Part shown: positions 10,916-23,178 of the stretch, in pieces
How positions within the stretch are numbered: position 1 is the first letter of the stretch
How the letters are laid out: every line of letters starts with the position of its first letter
Assembly: GCF_044704955.1 (NCBI RefSeq)
Contig: NC_091978.1
Coordinates: 146,196,001-146,260,000, forward strand
DNA: 64,000 bases
Direction: 5' to 3'
Origin: Pristiophorus japonicus
Lineage: Eukaryota
The notes under the pieces: model-generated
The model's database searches: none
What the model was told of the DNA's origin: nothing
Seen by the model: only the letters and a program-made list of their open reading frames with translations
Position numbers and translations under genes: made by a program

Positions 10916-13827
10916 TAGCCGGAATTTTACCGGCACTGAGAGGGCGGGATTGGAGACGGGTCCGTTAAAATATGAAAGATTGACAGCGGATCTTCAGCCG
11001 GCTGTGAACCCACCTCCAAGTCAGTTTCCGAAGAGCCGGGTCAGTCAGCACTTAATAGACCCAACACCAAATGGCAGGGGAGGCAATTTAGATCATTAAG
11101 AGGTAGTTAAAAGCCAATTACCATTTTTCCAACTTTTTCACCAGGTTCACGGCACTCAGGGATCACGTCAGGTAAGTAGGTTGGGTGTTCCATCAGTATC
11201 TATTCTTCTGAATAGTTCACAGCTGCATCCAAGAGTACTTAAGGAAGTGGCCTGAGAAATAGTGGATGCATTGGTGATCATTTTCCAACATTCTATTGAC
11301 TCTGGATCAGTTCCTCTGGACTGGAAGGTAGCTAATGTAACACCACTTTTTAAAAAAGAAGTGAAAGAGAAAACAGGGAATTATAGACCAGTTAGCCTGA
11401 CATCGGTGGTGGCGAAAATGTTGGAATCAATTATTAAAGATGAAATAGCAGCACATTTGGAAAGCAGTGGCAGGATCGGTCCAAGTCAGCATGGATTTAT
11501 GAAAGGGAAATCATGCTTGACAAATCTTCTAGAATTTTTTGAGGATGTAACTAGTAGAGTGGATAAGGAGAACCAGTGAATGTGGTGTATTTGGACTTTC
11601 AAAAGGCTTTTGACAAGGTCCCACACAAGAGATTAGTGTGCAAAATTAAAGCACATGATATTGGGAGTAATGAATTGACGTGTATAGAGAACTGGTTGGC
11701 AGACAGGAAGCAGAGAGTCAGGAAAAGCGGGTCCTTTTCAGAATAGCAAGCAGTGACCAGTGGGGTGCCACAGGGATCAGTGCTCCCTGCTCCTATAATC
11801 AAATGCCCAGTGCCCAGCTATTTACAATATACATCAATGATTTAGATGAAGGAATTGAATGTAATATCTCCAAGTTTGCAGATGACACTAAGCTGGGTGG
11901 CAGTGTGAGCTGTGAGGAGGACGCTAAGAGGCTGCAGGGTGACTTGGACAGGTTAGATGAGTGGGCAAATGCATGGCAGATGCAATATAATGTGGATAAA
12001 TGTGAGATTATCCACTTTGGTGGCAAAAAACAGGAAGACAGAATATTATCTGAATGGTGACAGATTAAGAAAAGGGGAGGTGCAATGGGACCTGGTTGTC
12101 CTGGTACATCAGTCATTGAAGTTTGGCATGCAGGTACAGCAGGCGGTGAAGAATGCAAATGGCATGTTGGCCTTCATAGCTAGAGGATTTGAGTACAGGA
12201 GCAGGGAGGTCCTTCTGCAGTTGTACAGGACCTTGGTGAGGCCACACCTGGAATATTGTGTTCAGTTTTGGTCTCCTACTCTGAGGAAGGACATTCTTGT
12301 TATTGGGGGAGTACAGCGAAGGTTCACCAGATTGATTCCCGGGATGGCAGGACTGACATATGAGGAGAGACTGGATCAACTGGGCTTGTATCTACTGGAG
12401 TTTAGAAGAATGAGAGGGGATCTCATAGAAACATATAAAATTCTGACGGGATTGGACAGATTAGAGGCAGGGAGAATGTTCCCATTGCTGGGGAATTCCA
12501 GAACCAGGGGTCCAAGTCTAAGAATAAGGGGTAAGCCATTTAGGACTGAGATGAGGAGAAACTTCTTCACTCAGAGAGTGGTTAACCTGTGGAATTCTCT
12601 ATCACAGAAAGTTGTTGAGGCCAGTTCGTTAGATATATTCAAGAGGGAGTTAGATATGGCCCTTATGGCCAAAGGGATCAAGGGGTATAGAGAAAAAGCA
12701 GGAAAGGGGTACTGAGGTTGAATGATCAGCCATGATCTTATTGAATGGCGATGCAGGCTTGAAGGGTCAAATGGCCTGCTCCTGCACCTAATTTCTATCT
12801 TTCTATGTTTCGATCACTTTCCAATATCAGAAGCTGGAGTCTTCAGGATTTGGAGATGCATTTGAGCTTTATGCATGTTGGAAGTGCTTGGAGTAAACTC
12901 TCCATCCACTCTCATCTCCATTGACAGATCGCTTCTGTCCTCTCAACCTCACCTGCCATCTATTCCATTAGTATTAGTGCCTTTGAAAAAATCTCACTTT
13001 GGTCCTCAGAATCCCACCACGCTTAACCCCAACATCACCAGGCACATGAGCAGCACCAGGCACACCAGCATCACCAATAACAACACCAACCTTTTCTGCC
13101 AGCAACTGATGCTGCACAGGACACAGGGCATCAGCACCTAACCATATTGTGCCCAGGAGGTATGGTCAGCTTTACTTTACAGTGATCATGTCGATAGAGA
13201 GAGAGGGATGAGTGGAGGCGTAAGTTAAGTTGGTGTGAGTAAGGATGTGCAGGAGCAGGGTAGGGAAGGCAGAGTGATGGGGATGTGATCAGTGGCACAG
13301 CAGGATGAGGTTGAGTGTGGCTTTGCAGTGACATTTTGTGATCTCTGAGATCATTGAAAGATTTGCACCACTGCAGCCTGGTCCTCCTGATGACATCCCT
13401 GCTTGTGTCCTCCTGTGTAATGTGCAACCAGGCTGTGCTGATCTCCTGGGGAGTCTCTTCTGCTCATTGGATGGGAAGGGAGCCTCCCTGCATGCATTGA
13501 GGGAGTCATGGGAAAGCATGGGTACAGCCGTGCACCTTTGTGCAGTGTTTGTCAGTGTTTGCAGCACCTCAATGCTGTAGAACACTGACAGCACAACTGT
13601 CAAAATCAATGTGGACATGGTCCCTTTAAGGAAACCAGCTAATGACGTGACATCAAATTACATTATCAGACCTGCTTCTTTTGAATTGGCCAGGAACCTT
13701 GCTGGGCAGGTTTAACAAACCCTATCAAGGTAAAATCCCTTGTAGAGAGCGCAATGGAACCGGCAGCAGGCCATGACCTCACTGTAGACCCTGGCTGCCT
13801 CACTCCCGGTTGGTGAAATTACGGACT
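10916..13827. mobile_element. Internally deleted PIF/Harbinger element carrying a nested CR1
   Basis: TIR ccggaattttacc / ggtgaaattacgg; minus-strand Myb/SANT remnant ITQEDTSRDVIRRTRLQWCKSFNDL is homologous to 43215-43457; 12880-13160 resembles the 5' region of the transposase at 49715-49957. Confidence 0.7.
11223..12811 (+). mobile_element. CR1 LINE, 5'-truncated (subfamily 'A')
   Basis: RT fragments GNYRPVSLTS, SQHGF, SKFADDTKL, LVRPHLEYCVQFW, with stops and frameshifts; tail tttctatctttctatgttt. Confidence 0.95.
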
Positions 13828-14533
13828 TTATTTCTGAATTTGGCTTTTTAAAATATGTGTAGGCTTGGGTGTAGTCCTTGATGACCAAAAAGGTTAAAAA
13901 TTGTTCCCTAATTTTTTGTCCTCTTCTAATAAAGGCTGCTTGTCTTACTTTGGCCATGTTTCCAGGGAGGGAGCAGGCACCCACTGCCACATTTAGCAAC
14001 ATGGCTTCAAGGGAAAGGAAAATTGAGCGAGCCGTATGATGGCTGGCCGATCCGCCATTATTCGTTTTGCACCCCTACCACAATTGACCTGAACCTCTTT
14101 TGGCAGGGGATTAATTAGGCAGGATTCCCATGCCTGATTACTATTCATTGTCTGGAAAGTACTTATGTAGGCTTATAAGGAAGACAGGGTGCAATGCCCC
14201 CATGATTGAATTGCCTAAAAAGAGGTCACTGGATATGATGAATGGCCATCTATGAGAGGCAATGGAGAGTTAAGGCTACTTAACCCTAACGTATGCCGGT
14301 GGCAATGAAACAGTCCAGCATGTGTCATCATCTTCAGGAGAGGAGGTAGAATATTGGAAAACCAAAAATTGTGTTCCCAAGGCTTGCTATGGTGCATTAA
14401 ACAGAACCTACCTGTCCCAATGATAACTGCAGTAGCTTCCAAACCCGACACCAGCATTAATGGGGAAATCAAATATGTTGCACAGATTTTAAAGGGGTAA
14501 TTTTCACCAAATACTTTAGATGCTAAAGAGGTA

Positions 14534-14936
14534 AAGACTCCCGAAAGAAACACTCTACTACGAGTTCCGTCATAACAAGCAAGTCCCAGAATTGCAGAGA
14601 AAATGCTTCAAGTACGCCCTCAAAGCCTCCTTGAAAAAATTTAACATCTCCACCGATTCTTGGGAATCCCTGATCCAAGACCGCTCAAAGTGGAGGAGAA
14701 TCATTCGAGAAGGCGCCAAACACTTTGAGTGTCTTCATCGGGAGCACGCGGAAGTCAAGTACAAACAGCGGAAGGATTGTAGGACAACCCAAGCACCCCA
14801 CCCACCTACCACCTTCAATCACCACCTGCCCCACCTGTAACAGACTCTGGAGATCCCGCATTGGACTCATCAGTTACCTTAGAACTAATTTTAGTGTGAA
14901 AGCAAGTCATCCGGGGGACTGCCTAAGAAGAAGAAG
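14534..14936 (+). mobile_element. RTE LINE 3' fragment with 9-bp TSD
   Basis: ORF 14592-14840 QRKCFKYALKASLKK...WESLIQDRSKWRR; (aag)n tail; AAAGAGGTA at 14525-14533 and 14937-14945. Confidence 0.9.
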
Positions 14937-15383
14937 AAAGAGGTAGCCAAGATGGCGTCTTAAGCTCCAATGCTGGTAGCCCGCATTTAGTGCAAGATGC
15001 CACCTTGGTAAAGGAGTTGAAGCCAGTGCTAGGAACGTCCACCCGTAGGCTTCTTAAGCATGCCTGCTAGTACTTATTAAAGAGGCTGCACGGCATTTTG
15101 GTGGCTAGCGCTTCAACTAACGCCATCTTCTAACAGCAACCAGCTATTTGGGAGTAAACGTTGATATCGATTTCAAATGCTACTTAAAGGGCTACTCATC
15201 ACTTAAAGGGATATTCAACATTTCATGGTCATTGCTGCTGGAGTTATGAAGCGGACCTCTGAAACATATTGGGAGACTTTCTGAGACACTTTGACAAGAC
15301 TTCACCAACACTCGAGCAACATTTATTCCAGAAATTCCCTGAGAACTTCACCTAAAGAAAGTGAGTGATGTGCTACTCCACCT

Positions 15384-15942
15384 TGCAGTTTGGTTTCCAT
15401 ATTTACGAAAGGATATACTTGCTTTGGAGGCAGTTCAGAGAAGGTTCACTAGGCTGATTCCAGAGATGAGGGGGTTGACTTAGGAGGAAAGGTTGAGTAG
15501 GTTGGGCCTCTACTCATTGGAATTCAGAAGAATGAGAGGTGATCTTATCGAAACATATAAGATTATGAGGGGGCTTAACAAGGTGGATGCAGAGAGGATG
15601 TTTCCACTGATGGGGGAGACTAGAACTAGAGGGCATGATCTTAGAACAAGGGGCCACCCGTTTAAAAATGAGATGAGCAGAGATTTCTTGTCTCAGAGGG
15701 ATATAAATCTGTGGAATTTACTGCCACAGAGAGCTGTGGAAGCTGGGACATTGAATAAATTTAAGACAGAAATAGACAGTTTCTTAAACGATAATGAATA
15801 AGGGGTTCTGGGGAGCGGGCAGGGAAGTGGAGCTGAGTCCATGATCAGATCAGCCATGATCTTATTGAATGGCGGAGCAGGCTCGAGGAGCCGTATGGCC
15901 TACTCCTGTTCCTATTTCTTATGTTCTTATGTTCTTATGTTC
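15384..15942 (+). mobile_element. CR1 3' fragment (subfamily 'C')
   Basis: ORF 15493-15801 LGLYSLEFRRMRGDLIETYKIMRGL; (ttcttatg)n tail. Confidence 0.95.
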
Positions 15943-17001
15943 TCATTATTGGACACCTTATAGGAATTTCCAGGAGAAATGGAGCACTTGATCATGGGCA
16001 TCTTGCTAGGGGTCACCCTTGATCTGGAGGAGTAATGGAAGGAGGACATGAGGCCAGGCAGGGCAGCACCAGTTGCTGCAGGAGAGAAGGATAAGAGGTG
16101 AGGTGGCATCCTCCCCCTCCTGTGGATACAAGACATCCCTGCTCCTCTGGACCTCTTCCACCAGGACCTCCAAGACCGCATCCAAGAACCTGTGCACCAT
16201 CTCCCTCGGTCCCTGAGCCATCCTGCAATGTGCTGCTATGAGCCAGCCAGCACACTGCACACCTTCAGTGGAAGTGGGTGTGAGGAGCCCACATATACTG
16301 CTCCACAAAAATTGCACCTAATCAGCACTTGAGTGCTAAACCTACATGTTCTGGTTTGCAGCTCCAGGCGAGTTGAATTTATGGTAATCAGCAATTAGGA
16401 CCAAAATTGTGTGCTAAATCCAGACTTTCAAACATGATAGTCTTATTAGCACAGCACCCAGTTGGCGCCTGTTTTCACAGCACCCAGTTCGTGCCTGTTT
16501 TTACCCTTTTGCCTAAATAACCCCCTATTTGACCATACTGCTACGATGTTAGGTGCTTATTATTTCAGCACCCAACATCATAGCAATACCCAATATCTGT
16601 GCACCAGTAATAAAATATTTCCTTATATTTGTCTTTGTATCTCAAATAACGACCGTATGTTATTTGATTCAACCTGTTGTAAAAATGATGCAGAAGGTCA
16701 GGTACCAAATGGACTATATTGTGCAAATAAGCCACTGTGCTGAATTACTGCTTCGGCACAAAAACATGAGTGCTCTCTGATTGTATTTTCTATATTGTAG
16801 CAATAATTTTGACTTCAACATTGGCTTTTTCTTATATAGGAGAAATAGCTTTATTTCTCCTGTAACATTTCAATGTAAGTAGGTAAAGGGTTAATAGTTT
16901 TAGACTCATGCTGTGAATATGCAGTGCTGTGTAATTCACATAATCAACTTAATGAACGTTGATATTTTCTATGATTTTGAAATATACTGCCACGAATGTT
17001 T

Positions 17002-19140
17002 CATAAGAACATAAGAATATAAGGAATAGGAGCAGGAGTGGAGTCTGGATCAGTTCCTATGGAGTGGAGGGTAGCCAATCTAACCCCACTTTTTAAAAAA
17101 GGAAGGAGAGAGAAAACAGGGAATTATAGACATCGGTAGTGGGTAAAATGATGGAATCAATTATTAAGGATGTCATAGCAGCGCATTTGGAAAGAGGTGA
17201 CATGATAGATCCAATTCAGCATGGATTTGTGAAAGGGAAATCATGCTTGACAAATCTTCTGGAATTTTTTGAGGATGTTTCCTGTAGAGTGGACAAGGGA
17301 GAACCATTTAATGTGATGTATTTGGACTTTCAGAAGGCTTTCGACAAGGTCCCACACAAGAGATTAATGTGCAAATTTAAAGCACATGGGATTGGGGTAG
17401 TGTGCTGATGTGGATTGAGAACTGGTTGGCAGACAGGAAGCAAAGAGTAGGAGTAAATTGCAGGCGGTGACTAGTGGGGTACCGCAAGGTTCTGTGCTGG
17501 GGCCCCAGCTGTTTACATTGTACATTAATGATTTAGACGAGGGGATTAAATGTAGCATCTCCAAATTTGCGGATGACACTAAGTTGGGTGGCAGTGTGAG
17601 CTGCGAGGAGGATGCTATGAGGCTGCAGAGTGACTTGGATAGGTTAGGTGAGTGGGCAAATGCATGGCAGATGAAGTATAATGTGGATAAATATGAGGTT
17701 ATCCACTTTGGTGGTAAAAACAGAGAGACAGACTATTATCTGAATGGTGACAGATTAGGAAAAGGGGAGGTGCAACGAGACCTGGGTGTCATGGTACATC
17801 AGTCATTGAAGGTTGGCATGCAGGTACAGCAGGCGGTTAAGAAAGCAAATGGCATGTTGGCCTTCATAGCGAGGGGATTTGAGTACAGGGGCAGGGAGGT
17901 GTTACTACAGTTGTACAGGGTCTTGGTGAGGCCACACCTGGAGTATTGTGTAGGACATTCTTGCTATTGAGGGAGTGCAGCGAAGGTTCACCAGCCTAAT
18001 TCTCGGGATGGCGGGACTGACATATCAAGAAAGACTGGAACAACTGGGCTTGTATTCACTGGAGTTCAGAAGAATGAGAGGGGATCTCGCAGAAACGTTT
18101 AAAATTCTGACGGGTTTAGACAGGTTAGATGCAGGAAGAATGTTCCCAATGTTGGGGAAGTCTAGAACCAGGGGTCACAGTCTAAGGATAAGGGGTAAGC
18201 CATTTAGGACCAAGATTAGGAGAAACTTCTTCACCCAGAGAGTGGTGAACCTGTGGAATTCTCTACCACAAAAAGTTGTTGAGGCCAATTCACTAAATAT
18301 ATTCAAAAAGTAGTTAGAAGTAGTCCTTGCTACTAGGGGGATCAAGGGGTATGGCGAGAAAGCAGGAATGGGGTACTGAAATTGCATGTTCAGCCATGAA
18401 CTCATTGAATGGCGGTGCAGGCTCGAAGGGCCGAATGGCCTACTCCTGCACCTATTTTCTATGTTTCTATGGGCCATTTTGCCCCTCGAGCCTGCTCCGC
18501 CAGTCAATAAGATCATGGCGGATCTGATCATGGACTCAGCTCCACTTCCCTGCCCACTCCCAATAACCCTTTACTCCCTGATTGCTCAAAAATCTGTCTA
18601 TCTCCGCCTTAAATATATTCAATGACCCAGCCTCCACAACTCTCTGGGGCAGAGAATTCTATAGATTTACAACCCTCTGAGGGAAGACATTTCTCCTCAT
18701 CTCAGTTTTAAATGGGTGACCCCTTATTCTAAGACTATGTCCCCTAGTTTTAGTTTCGCCTATGAGTGGAAATATCCTCTCTGCATCCACCTTGTCGAGC
18801 CCTCTCATTATCTTATAAGTTTCTTTAAGATCACCTCTCATTCTTCTGAACTCCAATATATATAGGTCCAACCTACTCAACCTATCCTCAAGGACTCCCA
18901 GGTCTCTCTGTATTGCAGCACTTTGCAATTTTTCTCCATTTAAATTATAATTTGCTTTTCTATTATTTCTGCCAAAATGGATAACCTCACATTTTCCCAC
19001 ATTATACTCCATCTGCCAAATTTTTGCCCACTCACTTAGCCTGTCTATATCCCTTTGCAGATTTTTTGTGTCCTCCTCACAATTTGCTTTCCCACCCATC
19101 TTTGTATCATCAGCAAACTTGGCTACATTGCACTCGGTCC
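17002..19140 (-). mobile_element. CR1 subfamily C fragment, split by a CR1-A insertion in its 3' UTR
   Basis: Antisense tail cataagaacataag...ggagcaggagt at 17002-17039 resumes as ggccattttgcccctcgagcc at 18472; ORF 18659-19099 is RT C-terminal with an internal deletion. Confidence 0.85.
17040..18471 (+). mobile_element. CR1 subfamily A, 5'-truncated, with several short internal deletions
   Basis: ORFs 17139-17408, 17458-17970 ([15 protein letters not shown]) and 17975-18313; very similar to 60300-61785; (ttctatgt)n tail. Confidence 0.95.
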
Positions 19141-19986
19141 TTTCAGAGCACAGAAAGTCACATTCTAACTCAAGGTCAATTCTGTAGCAAAATAAGTTAT
19201 TTGTTGTAATAAATAATTAATGCATATCCTTCCTTCAGTTGAGACTTAGAGCATGGCTCCGACTGTTTGAGCACTAATCTGCATAAAAGTCTGAATTTTG
19301 TCACACAAGATCAGTGAGCTGTAACAAGCAAAAACAAAATTGTGCGAGTAACATTTTAATTCTAGGCATTATTAGTTATGTGTTTTAAAGCATGAAGTTA
19401 TGTGTACACAGTCAGAAAAGCATTTTGGCTAGAACTGCTGCTATTTATGTTTTACACTGATCACAGAAGGTCCAGAGATGGATCCCAATTGTTTTGCCTT
19501 CTTTAAAGCAAAACACAGACACAGTTATCTTTTTGTGAGAAGCATCATCGTATCTTTAAAACGACACTTAATCAACTTTGAAAACCAGGCTATACTATTT
19601 TAACCTCCTTTTGAATTCATTTTTACATAGGAACAGGAGTGGGGCATTTAGCCCCTTGAGCTTGTTCTACCATTCCATTAGATCATAGCTGCTCTGCACC
19701 TCAACTCCATTAACCTGCCTTTGTCTGTTTAAAAGTTATTGCAAAGCAGTGTGAACTTTACTGGCTGGAAGGAATTACTAAACAGATGGTGTGAGGAAGC
19801 TGATTTAAGATCAGTAAAAATGCAGTCATTAACCTGGGATGTTTCTGGTTTAACTGTGTATGTTAGTTTATTTCATTCTCCCTTATGCTCAGTGATTCCT
19901 CTGAGCCAGTTCCTTCAATGCTGTCATCAGCACTTACCAGATAAACAAACATATTAGAAGTCTACAAAGAGACAATTAAAATAAAT

Positions 19987-20096
19987 GGGGCTAAAAATTG
20001 AATAGCTTAGCGCTACCCATGAGGGGCGCTAAAATGTTAGCGCACACGAGCAGCAATATTAACGCTTTAAGAGCGCATTTATTCAATTTTTGCCCC
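19987..20096. mobile_element. 110-bp MITE
   Basis: TIR ggggctaaaaattgaata / tattcaatttttgcccc. Confidence 0.75.
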
Positions 20097-20180
20097 ATAA
20101 TCTTTTAACGTAATGCTAATTATTTGTCAGAGAAAATCAGATCTTAATGGTGAGAAAGGCCTGACCTTGGAAATTGTTTT

Positions 20181-20363
20181 AAGAACATAAGAAATAGGAG
20201 CAGGAGTAGGTCACCTGGACCCTCGAGCCTGCTCTGCCATTTAATAAGATTATGGCTGATCTGATCATGGACTCAGCTCCACTTCCCTGCCTGCTCCCCA
20301 TAACCTTTCTTTCCTTTATCACTCAAAAATCTGTCTATCTCCGCCTTAAATATATTCAATGAC
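20181..20363 (-). mobile_element. CR1-C 3' UTR fragment
   Basis: aagaacataagaaataggagcaggagtagg...gatcatggactcagctccacttccc; a shorter relic lies at about 19625-19720. Confidence 0.85.
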
Positions 20364-20389
20364 TTGTGTTCTTTGTGGCAGAGTTGGTA

Positions 20390-21256
20390 ATATTTCTGTA
20401 TTATAGTGGACACGGAGGAGTTGGGGCTTGTCTGAAAATATCAGGGATGGCCCGAAGAGCAAGAGTGGTGTATTAGCGATGGCAGGCTGGGACCAGCACA
20501 GGTGGGAATATCAGAACATTGCGGACTGGCTGGAGGAATGGGGGAAGGGGATCCAGAACATAATGATCACAAGCCGGCCGGGACCAGCATGAAGGGGAGG
20601 CGGGTGGGGAGGGGCGGGGGCAGAACATCATGGGGTCAACCGCAGGAGCAGGGGGATTCCAGAACTTAGCGATCAAGGGCCGGCCAGGACCTGCACGGGG
20701 CAGGGGGGTCAGCCGAAGGAGCAGGGGGTGGGTATGAAAGGATCACGGGCCAGAGGATCAGCATAGGAGGTGGGCTGGGTGAGGACCAGGGGCAGCACGA
20801 GGAGGGCCAGACGATTGGGAGGGGAAGCCTGGTAGGGTGGAATTGGAGGCCTACGGGTGAATTGGAGTCCTGGGGGGATTATCAGAGGCTTGGGAGGGGT
20901 GCTTTGATCATAAAGAGTAGGTTAGGTAGGGATCCTGAATTCATGAGGTAAATGTAAAGGCACTTACCTGGATCCAGCAGTCCTCGGCTTGCATTAGCTG
21001 GCGGGTTTTAAACTCAAGCAGCTAAAGTTAATTACAAAATGGAGGTTAAAGAAGATGTTTCCAGCCTCATTATAATATTTTAAATGAGTGACCCTCCTCC
21101 AGGCAGCGGGTTGGCTGTCTGTCCCATGTACCACCTCCATTAACACCAGAAGTGGGCGGGTTGGAGGCAGATTCAGTTTGAGATTCACATTTTTAATACT
21201 TTAACTACCTCCAAGCCACAAACCCTCATGTTTTTTTTAGGTTAAAATTCTCCGCT
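20390..21256. mobile_element. Harbinger-type non-autonomous element with G-rich interior
   Basis: Right end ggttaaaattctccgc and its subterminal region resemble the ends at 10916 and 50458; left end unresolved. Confidence 0.4.
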
Positions 21257-22495
21257 ATAACTGTCACATGTCACTCCCTCCATTCCATGATAAAAAAAAT
21301 CTATAGATTTTTCAAATAATAAAAATTAATATCTATTTCATTTTTTTAAAGTTTGTTTAAGATATTTCAACTTCTACTCTAATGCCATGTTTATGTCCCA
21401 TCTTTATTTTGCTCTTTCTAAAAAGATTAAAATGTGAATTATAATCTGTGCTTTTTACTTCCTGGTTTGCTGTCTGTGAGAATTCTTCAATCAGATTGGC
21501 TGCTCAGCCTGCTTGATGGCTTCACTGTCCCTGGATGCCACAGATCCCCTATCAATGGCACAGAATGAAATTGATCTTGTAATAGGGGAAATCGAGCCCG
21601 CTAAATCTTTGTGGGCAACTTTCGTCGAGGTCAGCGGCGAGAGCCAGCCCTTCACCGCTGACCTAAAAATAGCGACCAATATTGTTTTGTAACTCAGGTG
21701 ATATTTAGCAATTAAAGAGACTGGACTATATTTTTTCATTGCCAGGAGTTGGGACGAGTGCTACTGCTGTCAGTGGGCTGACTGTATGCTTGGTGACAGC
21801 AGTAAAATAGCACGAGTACCGGCAGGCAGTCAATGCTCATTACATTTCAAGTGCTAAGCTAGTTACTGCAGGATGTCAAGACAGTGTGTGGATCTCTTAC
21901 TGTGGGAATTAGCTTCCTTTGTCTCGCGTTGACGAATACAAATGTTCAGAAGTTGGTGATATCTGCCAGAATAAATCCACTGATATCTGATAGTCTTTAA
22001 CCACAATAGAATGTATTGCTTCAAAGAAAAAAACAAGATCGACTGTTGTTTAAAATATTATGCCTTTTTTTTCATTTCCTTCATTCATTCCTTGCCAGTT
22101 AGCCACCATCTTCTGACAGACCGACAGAGCAGATTGTAAACAAGCACCCTGTTCCAAATGTTCAACCCCCACAGTTCTTGAAGCAGCTGGTAAAGGGTGT
22201 GAAAGCACGTTAGAGCTTGACTCACCCTCCAATTTTTCTGCCACCACACTCTGGTGAAGAATCATTCCATCTGCTTACTACTTCCCTTTGCATAACCTAC
22301 TTTAAAAAATGAGAAACCTAATGGAAAGGTCAAGGCTCATATGCAGCACTAAGGTTGAAAAGAGTAAGAAAGCAAACAAAGTAAACCAAGAAGTGGTGGT
22401 TAGGAGACAGCAAGCTTGGGCTTTAACAGTCTGTGCATTTTAGGAAAATATGAAGACTGAGAGAAGTAGAAGGAATTCTACAGCATAAATAAGTC

Positions 22496-23085
22496 GGGGG
22501 GAGAAATTGGCGTCATTTGTGCCTCCCGTGGGAGTTTAGCGGCGGCGGTAACCAGTAGAGCCCTGCTCGGCTGCGCCGGCAATGACGACATCATCACCAT
22601 GTGCAGCAAACGATTTTTGCCCTGGAATGAAAATTCAGGAGGGCCTCCTGAAGCTGTGCCGGGCAATGACAGCAACAGTTTCAGGGGGCACATACCAGGT
22701 TGTAGGCCGCTCACGGGGTGCTAGTTAAAGAGGAGGTGGCGCGCGGAAGTAAAGAAAAATCAGCCAACTTACCTGTTGTGGCCCATTGCATGGTGGATCG
22801 TGGAGTTCAGGCCGCGATCTGGAGGTCCGGCGCTCCCTGGTGGTCCAGGTAGGCACCTGCAGTGTCCCTCTCCTTTAATGAAGGGATAGAACAATTCTAC
22901 GCGGCAGCGCTACGCTTCCCTGCACATAGCGAAGCGCCCTCCTCCGATTGCATCTGCCCCGCTTGCACCCCACAGAGCTAGTGGAGCACATTATGTTGCG
23001 CAGCACTTGCTCTAGGGGCAGTAACCCCAATATCCCACCTCACGCTTGTTACCGTCCGGAATGGAGCGCTACAAAATTTCCCCCT
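22496..23085. mobile_element. GC-rich MITE family copy 1
   Basis: TIR gggggagaaatt / aaatttccccc; colinear with 25343-26077 and 53836-54453. Confidence 0.8.
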
Positions 23086-23178
23086 CCCAGGAGGCACCAA
23101 ACTGAGTATTGATTTCAACACAACGAGGATGGGGGGAGAGGGTGAAGCATATTTGGAGCTTAGGAGGCACAACGGAAG

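Larger units (their letters stand above)
14493..16500. mobile_element. Harbinger-derived non-autonomous element with nested RTE and CR1
   Basis: Left end ggggtaattttcacc; minus-strand Myb/SANT start MAQGPREMVHRFLDAVLEVLVEEVQRSRDVLYPQEG (about 16110-16221); right end not resolved. Confidence 0.55.

Noticed and set aside
22100-22190. Possible host exon (pyrimidine tract, AG, open frame PPSSDRPTEQ...FLKQL, GTAAAG)
   Set aside because: No recognisable protein and no partner exons; such signals arise by chance. RNA-seq would be needed.
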